Assembly (NCBI GenBank): GCA_963788195.1
Contig: CAWBGA010000008.1
Location: 49,864-113,863 of the forward strand
Length of the DNA: 64,000 nt
Reading direction: 5' to 3'
From: Nitrospirota bacterium
GTDB lineage: Bacteria > Nitrospirota > Nitrospiria > Nitrospirales > NS-4
Below, piece after piece: positions 58,606-64,000 of the stretch (the stretch's first letter is position 1; every line of letters begins with the position of its first letter). Made by a program: the position numbers and the translations under genes. The notes beneath the pieces were generated by a model. It was given only the letters and a program-made list of their open reading frames with translations, was not told where the DNA came from and searched no databases.

Positions 58606-58705
58606 ATTTCCCCCCGGTTCACTGTAGGTGATCGGATTTTCGAAAATCAATCTGTCCAAAGTCTGGTACTGGATGCGCCATGGCCTGTTCCCATATAATT
58701 TGTGT

Positions 58706-59692
58706 ATGGCCTTTCCGAGTCAGCCGAAGACCCTACTCAGCGCTGTCGCCGTCGTTACGGGCCTCAGCTTATCCATCGGAATCGGCTTTTCAGGGGACAA
58801 AGGCGCTTGGGAGACCAAGGCTCCAGCGCCGACGAAACGAACCGAGGTGGCGGCTGCCTCGCTTGACGGCAAGATTTATGTCATCGGCGGCTTTGCCAAG
58901 AGCATTGCCTTGATCTCGTCACTCGTGGAGGAATACAACCCGGCCAGTGACAGCTGGCGAGAGCGCGCGCCAATGCCTGCGGGTCGCCATCATGCCGGTA
59001 TCGGCGTCGTGAAAGATCGCCTGTATGTCATCGGCGGGTTTCACCATTCCCTGTTGAATGTTTGGGATCCTACCGCGACCGTTTACGAATATGACCCGCG
59101 CAGTGACCAGTGGACTACCCGCAAACCCATGCCGACCGCGCGGGGTGCCTTGGCGGTAACCGTGCTTGGCGGGAAGCTACACGCCATCGGCGGCTATGGG
59201 AAAGACGGCAATAGCGGCGCGCATGAGGTGTACGACCCCGATACGGATACCTGGAGCGCAGCCGCGCCAATCCTTGTACCCCGGGACCACCATGCGGTCG
59301 CCGCTGTCGGGGGGCGCCTCTACGCGATCGGCGGTCGCCTCAACCGGCAATACAGTCAGAACCTGCCCACCAACGAGATGTACGATCCATCGACGAATCA
59401 ATGGACCCGGAAAGCGGATCTACCCACTGCGCGTAGCGGCATCACCGCGCAAGTCGTTGGCGGCCGCATCTATGTTTTCGGGGGAGAGGCGCCGTCGGGA
59501 ACATTCCGTGAAAATGAGGCCTACGATCCCGAAAGAGACGCCTGGGACTCGCAAGCGCCGATGCCGACTAGCCGGCATGGCCTTGGATCCGCGGTCGTGG
59601 GCGGAAAAATTTACGTCCTGGGCGGGGGCCCAACCCCCGGTGGCTCGTTTAGTGACGTCAACGAAGTCTTTACGCCGCCGGCGCGGCCGTAG
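58706..59692 (+). CDS. Exported Kelch-repeat protein
   Basis: Six repeats of IYV.GG...E.YDP..D.W...A.MP..R; hydrophobic N-terminus. Confidence 0.9.
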   Translation: MAFPSQPKTLLSAVAVVTGLSLSIGIGFSGDKGAWETKAPAPTKRTEVAAASLDGKIYVIGGFAKSIALISSLVEEYNPASDSWRERAPMPAGRHHAGIGVVKDRLYVIGGFHHSLLNVWDPTATVYEYDPRSDQWTTRKPMPTARGALAVTVLGGKLHAIGGYGKDGNSGAHEVYDPDTDTWSAAAPILVPRDHHAVAAVGGRLYAIGGRLNRQYSQNLPTNEMYDPSTNQWTRKADLPTARSGITAQVVGGRIYVFGGEAPSGTFRENEAYDPERDAWDSQAPMPTSRHGLGSAVVGGKIYVLGGGPTPGGSFSDVNEVFTPPARP

Positions 59693-59717
59693 CCGTTTAA
59701 ACCTAAATCGGAGGCAG

Positions 59718-60590
59718 ATGGTGTGGCAGCGATTTGAAGGTGTCTGCTTCCTGATGTCTGTCTCAATTATTCTTGCAACGGCCGCGGCCTCCACCGCAGA
59801 AGTCTCTCCTCCCATTGCCACGCCAGTTGTGGTGCGGGTTGTGGCTTCTCACGCCATGGCGCTCGGGGATAACGTCGGCGGCGCCGCTGTAACCATTCGC
59901 GATGTCGAGACGGGGACCATTCTGGCCTCGGGCCGGCAGACGGGCCCCACTGGAGACGCGACAAGCATCATGCAGACCCCGCATCTCCATATTGAACCAG
60001 TTTATAGTGTGCGGGAGTCGGCCTCATTCAAGGCAGAACTTCAATTAACCAAGCCCACGCTGGTGGAAGTCGTGGGCGAAGGGCCGCTGAAGTTTCCGCA
60101 GAGTATCCGGCGGGCCAGTAAGACGGTGCTCCTTTACCCCGGCAAGCAGATGAACACAGACGGGATCATTCTTGAGGTCAACGGCCTCCTGGTGAATCTT
60201 GAGGCGCCGACTGCGGACCGGCCGCTTGGCATCGGCGACGAAGGCACTCTCCGTGCCACCGTAAAAATGCTGTGCGGCTGTATCGTCGAGCCATTCGGCA
60301 ACTGGGACTCACGGAAGATGGATCTGTACGGCGAGCTCCGCTTGGGCGATAAAGTTATCCAACGAATCGATATCTACCACCAAGGCCCAAAGGGCGTGTT
60401 CGTCGGGAATTTCAAAATTCCCCGTTCCTTGAAGGGCGAACAGTCGATCTCCTTGAGAGTCGTGGCGGCCGATGCTGACGCGGCGAATGTCGGCGTCGCT
60501 GAGGTGACCTATGTCCTGGTGCCCTGGGAGCAGAGCCGCGACGCTACCGGCCAGGAGATTCCGGCTATTGCTCATCCAAAAAACCCTTAA
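59718..60590 (+). CDS. Secreted hypothetical protein with an MLCGC motif
   Basis: GGAGG RBS, signal peptide, two beta-rich domains. Confidence 0.7.
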   Translation: MVWQRFEGVCFLMSVSIILATAAASTAEVSPPIATPVVVRVVASHAMALGDNVGGAAVTIRDVETGTILASGRQTGPTGDATSIMQTPHLHIEPVYSVRESASFKAELQLTKPTLVEVVGEGPLKFPQSIRRASKTVLLYPGKQMNTDGIILEVNGLLVNLEAPTADRPLGIGDEGTLRATVKMLCGCIVEPFGNWDSRKMDLYGELRLGDKVIQRIDIYHQGPKGVFVGNFKIPRSLKGEQSISLRVVAADADAANVGVAEVTYVLVPWEQSRDATGQEIPAIAHPKNP

Positions 60591-60601
60591 CCTTTCCCGT
60601 G

Positions 60602-62578
60602 CTATCCATCGCCCCAGTCTCGCGCAAACACCAGAATGCTGTTTGCAGGAAGCGTGATGCCGGCCGAACTCGGCAGGCCATGCATGCCGGATCCGTTCGC
60701 AGTGATTCCGCCCGGGTTCCCTTGAGCATTGGGATTAAAGAAATTATCGTAAATGTCGCTGTTGAAGACCTCCAACCACTGTCCGCCGCCGGGAAATCCG
60801 AGGCTGTAGCCGTGGTTGTAAAACGTGTTTTCATTGAGGCTCGCCACCACCACTACATCCCGCCCGAGACCCGGCAACCAACGATGAAAGGCGATCACGC
60901 GATTATCGTTGTGGACATGAAAGACATTGATCCCTTCGCCGCGTAAGGCAGGATGCTTGCGCCGCAGCCAGATCAGATCGCGGGTGAAGCGGTGGTGGTC
61001 GGACATGTTCTTGTCCAAACCTTCGAGCCCGGCCCACCAGATCATCAAGTTCGCCGCATCGGGATCGTCTGTCCACGATTTGTCTTCGAGGAATTCCTGG
61101 CCCATGAACATCATCGGAATGCCCGGTGCGGTCAACAGCAGGCCGGTCGCCACGCGGGAACGGCTGCGCGCGTACCAGGATCGCGAGTTACTTGGGTCGG
61201 CCAGTGCCGCAATTCGTGGCTGGAGATCATTGCCCGTATGGTTGGCATCGAGAAGATCGTGATTTTCGATGCATTGGAATGCCTTCCAACAGTCAGAAAA
61301 ATTGTGTGGTGGATAGAGCGTGGCGCTGAGCTCGTCGAGACTAACGGCACCGTGGCTCCCTCCGGCAGCCTGCGTAATCACGGCACGGATCCCGTCTCGC
61401 AGGCTGTCGCTGTAGCCGGCATCAAACCCCATTCCATCCGGCGGATTCGCAACGCCCCTCCAGCGCTCATTGCCCCAGTATTCGGCGATCTGCACCGCCC
61501 CGGGCTTGACGAATCGGACCGTGCCTGCGAGGTCCTGGCAGAACGACCACCCGCCGTGCTCCTCCATGACCGTTACTTGATCATAACGAAAGCCATCGAC
61601 GTGGTAGTCGGTGAGAAGCATTTTGGCGTTGTCGATGAGGAACTGCCGGACTTCTTGTTTCCAAAACGCAAATACGAGCCCGCCCGCATGGCCGGCGGCC
61701 AAAAAGTAGATGCTGTCTTTGTTGTCCGAGCTGGCGGGGCGATCAAAAAAATGGATGCTCTGATCATCGAAATTGCCGCCGGCATGGTTGTACACGACGT
61801 CGGCGATCACGGCGAGACCGTAGAGATGACACAACTCGATGAGCGCTTTGAGCTGATTGATTTGTCCGGTCAACTGCGCGAGCGTCAGCGGCGGGCAATT
61901 CTTTTCAGCTCGCAGTTGGTTCACCTTTCGCAGGTATGGCGGCAGACCGGTGATGTCCACCGCGTAATCCATCTCAGGCGAGAAGAGATCGGTTCCGTTG
62001 TAGCCCAAGCTGTTTTCACCCTGGAACTCGACAAACGGCAGCGGCATGATCGCGTTGACGCCTAGGTCGGCGAGGTAGCGAATCCGGTCCACGACGTCGA
62101 GATACTTCGAGACACGACCCGGACGGATGTCGCGGCCCTGGTCATCCCGGGCAAAGAAGACGCCGATGTGGAACTGGTAGATGATCAGGTCATTGAATGC
62201 CGGTGGGCGGTAATCCTGATCGCGCCAGGGAAAAGTATTTGGATTGCGTACGATGCAGTTACAATTGGGATACCCCTGCATCTGAAGCTCGCGGGCACAC
62301 GGGTCCCGTTTGAAACCTTCGCTGCCGGCACCGACGACCCAAAACCGGTATTGGGCGCCATCGGCCACGCCGGGGATGAAGCCCCCCCAGTATCCATGCG
62401 CATCCTTGATGAGGAGGTCTTGGGGGGTTTTCTTCCAGCCGCCGGGCGATTGCACGTCAAAATCGTGCAACACGACGTAGACTTCTTTCGCATTGGGCGC
62501 CCAGGTACGGAAGGTTGCGCCGCCATCTACGAGCTGGGCTCCCATCGGGGTTGATGCATGAATGTGCTGGTGGTTCAA
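60602..62578 (-). CDS. GH13 alpha-amylase/glycogen branching enzyme-like protein with CBM48
   Basis: FR.WAPNA, DVVYNH, DGFRYD, IAEY, ENHD, PGIPM.FMGQEF. Confidence 0.9.
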   Translation of the reverse strand: MNHQHIHASTPMGAQLVDGGATFRTWAPNAKEVYVVLHDFDVQSPGGWKKTPQDLLIKDAHGYWGGFIPGVADGAQYRFWVVGAGSEGFKRDPCARELQMQGYPNCNCIVRNPNTFPWRDQDYRPPAFNDLIIYQFHIGVFFARDDQGRDIRPGRVSKYLDVVDRIRYLADLGVNAIMPLPFVEFQGENSLGYNGTDLFSPEMDYAVDITGLPPYLRKVNQLRAEKNCPPLTLAQLTGQINQLKALIELCHLYGLAVIADVVYNHAGGNFDDQSIHFFDRPASSDNKDSIYFLAAGHAGGLVFAFWKQEVRQFLIDNAKMLLTDYHVDGFRYDQVTVMEEHGGWSFCQDLAGTVRFVKPGAVQIAEYWGNERWRGVANPPDGMGFDAGYSDSLRDGIRAVITQAAGGSHGAVSLDELSATLYPPHNFSDCWKAFQCIENHDLLDANHTGNDLQPRIAALADPSNSRSWYARSRSRVATGLLLTAPGIPMMFMGQEFLEDKSWTDDPDAANLMIWWAGLEGLDKNMSDHHRFTRDLIWLRRKHPALRGEGINVFHVHNDNRVIAFHRWLPGLGRDVVVVASLNENTFYNHGYSLGFPGGGQWLEVFNSDIYDNFFNPNAQGNPGGITANGSGMHGLPSSAGITLPANSILVFARDWGDG

Positions 62579-62805
62579 TTTTCGTTCTTATACGCTCCGC
62601 GGACATTCAGGGCCGCCAGGGCTATCTGGAGAGCAATCAGTGCATACGCACGGTCATACCAACCCCATATTATCCAAAGCACGTTGCTTGCCAGGAAGCA
62701 CCAGAATCCGATCTCACGCTTGCGCTTTGATTGCGAGGCGACGAGCCATGCTGAAACGACGGTCACGACCATTGCCGGCCACTGAAGGAAGTTGAGATAG
62801 TCCAT
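62575..62805 (-). CDS. Small 3-TM membrane protein
   Basis: QWPAM...AWLV.S, GFW.FL.SN.LW..WG; ATGA overlap with the GH13 gene. Confidence 0.75.
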   Translation of the reverse strand: MDYLNFLQWPAMVVTVVSAWLVASQSKRKREIGFWCFLASNVLWIIWGWYDRAYALIALQIALAALNVRGAYKNEN

Positions 62806-62916
62806 GAAGTCTTACAAGAAACGTGGGGTTCTAAGGCTTGCTACCAGGCGCAGGCACGAGAGTACGCATAGAAGCAACGTGAGCCTGCCACTGATTTATG
62901 GAATTTCGGAGTGGCA

Positions 62917-63504
62917 TCAGTGCGCGTCCCCCCGCCTCTCTTTCGGTTCTTTCGGATCGGCGACCTTGTGCGTAAAGTACAAAGACAGCGCCACAAAGAG
63001 GATGCCCACGCCGAGATACAGAATACTTAAGGCGTCGGTGAATGAGGTGTGAATCACGTTTTTGAAGAAGGTGACGATGAGGATCATCAGGATAACCTTG
63101 GCTAGGCGGTCTTTGAGATCATCAAGGCTGTGAATCAAGAGGATCCGGGAGCTCGCGGCGGCTTCATTCTCAGCCTCCTGAATCTTGCTGATAAACAGTT
63201 CATATAAGCCGAGCGCGAATATGAAGAGTACGATTGCGAGCAGAAAATCGTCGACGGCGCCGATGATATGGCCGACTATGTCTCCATGAAACTCCTCATA
63301 GACAGACGCGGTTCGCGCGCTGCCCGGGAGTGTCACATACTTAAAAACCTTCGAAATCAGCTCAAGAACATCAAGCGTCGCAACCACAAATAGGATCACG
63401 GAGGAAATCATGCTGGCGATCACCGCGAGAATCACAATGAAGCGGCTGTTCCAGAGGACCTTCTCAAAGGTGTTTTCAATAGCCCTCGCCAGTTGCTCCT
63501 TCAT
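62917..63504 (-). CDS. YqhA/UPF0114 family membrane protein
   Basis: LWNSR, D.FL.A.VL.IF..GLYELFIS, I.SLDDLK..L.KVI. Confidence 0.88.
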   Translation of the reverse strand: MKEQLARAIENTFEKVLWNSRFIVILAVIASMISSVILFVVATLDVLELISKVFKYVTLPGSARTASVYEEFHGDIVGHIIGAVDDFLLAIVLFIFALGLYELFISKIQEAENEAAASSRILLIHSLDDLKDRLAKVILMILIVTFFKNVIHTSFTDALSILYLGVGILFVALSLYFTHKVADPKEPKERRGDAH

Positions 63505-64000
63505 CGGACACCAGAGGGCTTCATGGCGCGTGCCGTTGCCCAGCGCACTAACGCTCGAGGGACGAGACGTTGGGCTCTCATGAAAAGCCGGTTCCGGAAA
63601 CCGGTAATGACGAACGATTTGCCTCGATCCAATGCAGCAAGAGACTCGGAGACCATCTGTGCCGCCGTTTGCTCGCTACCGTGGGCAGCGGGTCGGCTGC
63701 GTCCGGCAGTTGCGTGGAAGTCGGTCAGGGTTTGGCCGGGACAGCACGTCTGCACAACGACGCCATCGCGACGAACTTCATCGCTGATGCTCAGCCCCAG
63801 ACTTACTTGGAACGCCTTCGTGGCGCCATAGGCTGCCATATACGGGATCGGCAATAGTCCTGCGATCGAGGCGACATTGATAATCGCGCCCGACCGCCGC
63901 GCGCGCATTTCCGGCAAGAACAAGCGCATCAGCTTAGTCACCGTTAACACATGCAGGCAGACCATTTCCTGAAGTCCCGGCGTCGGAATATCCGTAAACT
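63501..64000 (-). CDS. Short-chain dehydrogenase/reductase, C-terminal part; 5' end lies outside the window
   Basis: IINVAS.AG, YGATK (YxxxK), CPG.T.T.F. Confidence 0.88.
   Translation of the reverse strand, partial: FTDIPTPGLQEMVCLHVLTVTKLMRLFLPEMRARRSGAIINVASIAGLLPIPYMAAYGATKAFQVSLGLSISDEVRRDGVVVQTCCPGQTLTDFHATAGRSRPAAHGSEQTAAQMVSESLAALDRGKSFVITGFRNRLFMRAQRLVPRALVRWATARAMKPSGVR

Noticed and set aside
59166..59717. N-terminal 184 aa of the 474-aa ORF
   Set aside because: It overlaps the Kelch gene out of frame; the RBS and signal peptide point to a start at 59718.

Overview
A GC-rich chromosomal segment of a Nitrospira-like nitrite oxidiser (Nitrospirota). The assignment rests on a Nitrospira-type nxrA (partial) and nxrB pair and the gene order. 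The backbone is housekeeping: F1-only atpHAGDC; mnmA; three tandem bactofilins; parB-parA-rsmG-mnmG-mnmE-yidC-yidD-rnpA-rpmH with two perfect parS sites; a second ParB-like gene; an RlmL-like methylase; tRNA-His; pyrF, rpsT, holA, lptE, leuS, pyrE and der. Accessory genes include a membrane HK-REC-class III cyclase hybrid, a tyrosine integrase with altered catalytic motifs, a type IIG restriction-modification fusion, higBA, and many secreted proteins (cytochrome c, two cupredoxins, beta/gamma-crystallin, BON, beta-propellers). The most striking unexplained signal is a modular repeat family with about 13 hairpins in 7 loci. The loop (G-CCRRGA-C) and C-rich leader are conserved while the stem sequences differ and covary. 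Copies form tandem and inverted mosaics, and touch coding regions (integrase N-terminus, der start). Two other palindromic families are present, one of them in frame at the start of lptE. Three single-base frameshifts (ltaE, atpG, type IIG gene) are probably sequencing errors. All family assignments come from motif recognition; no database search was run.
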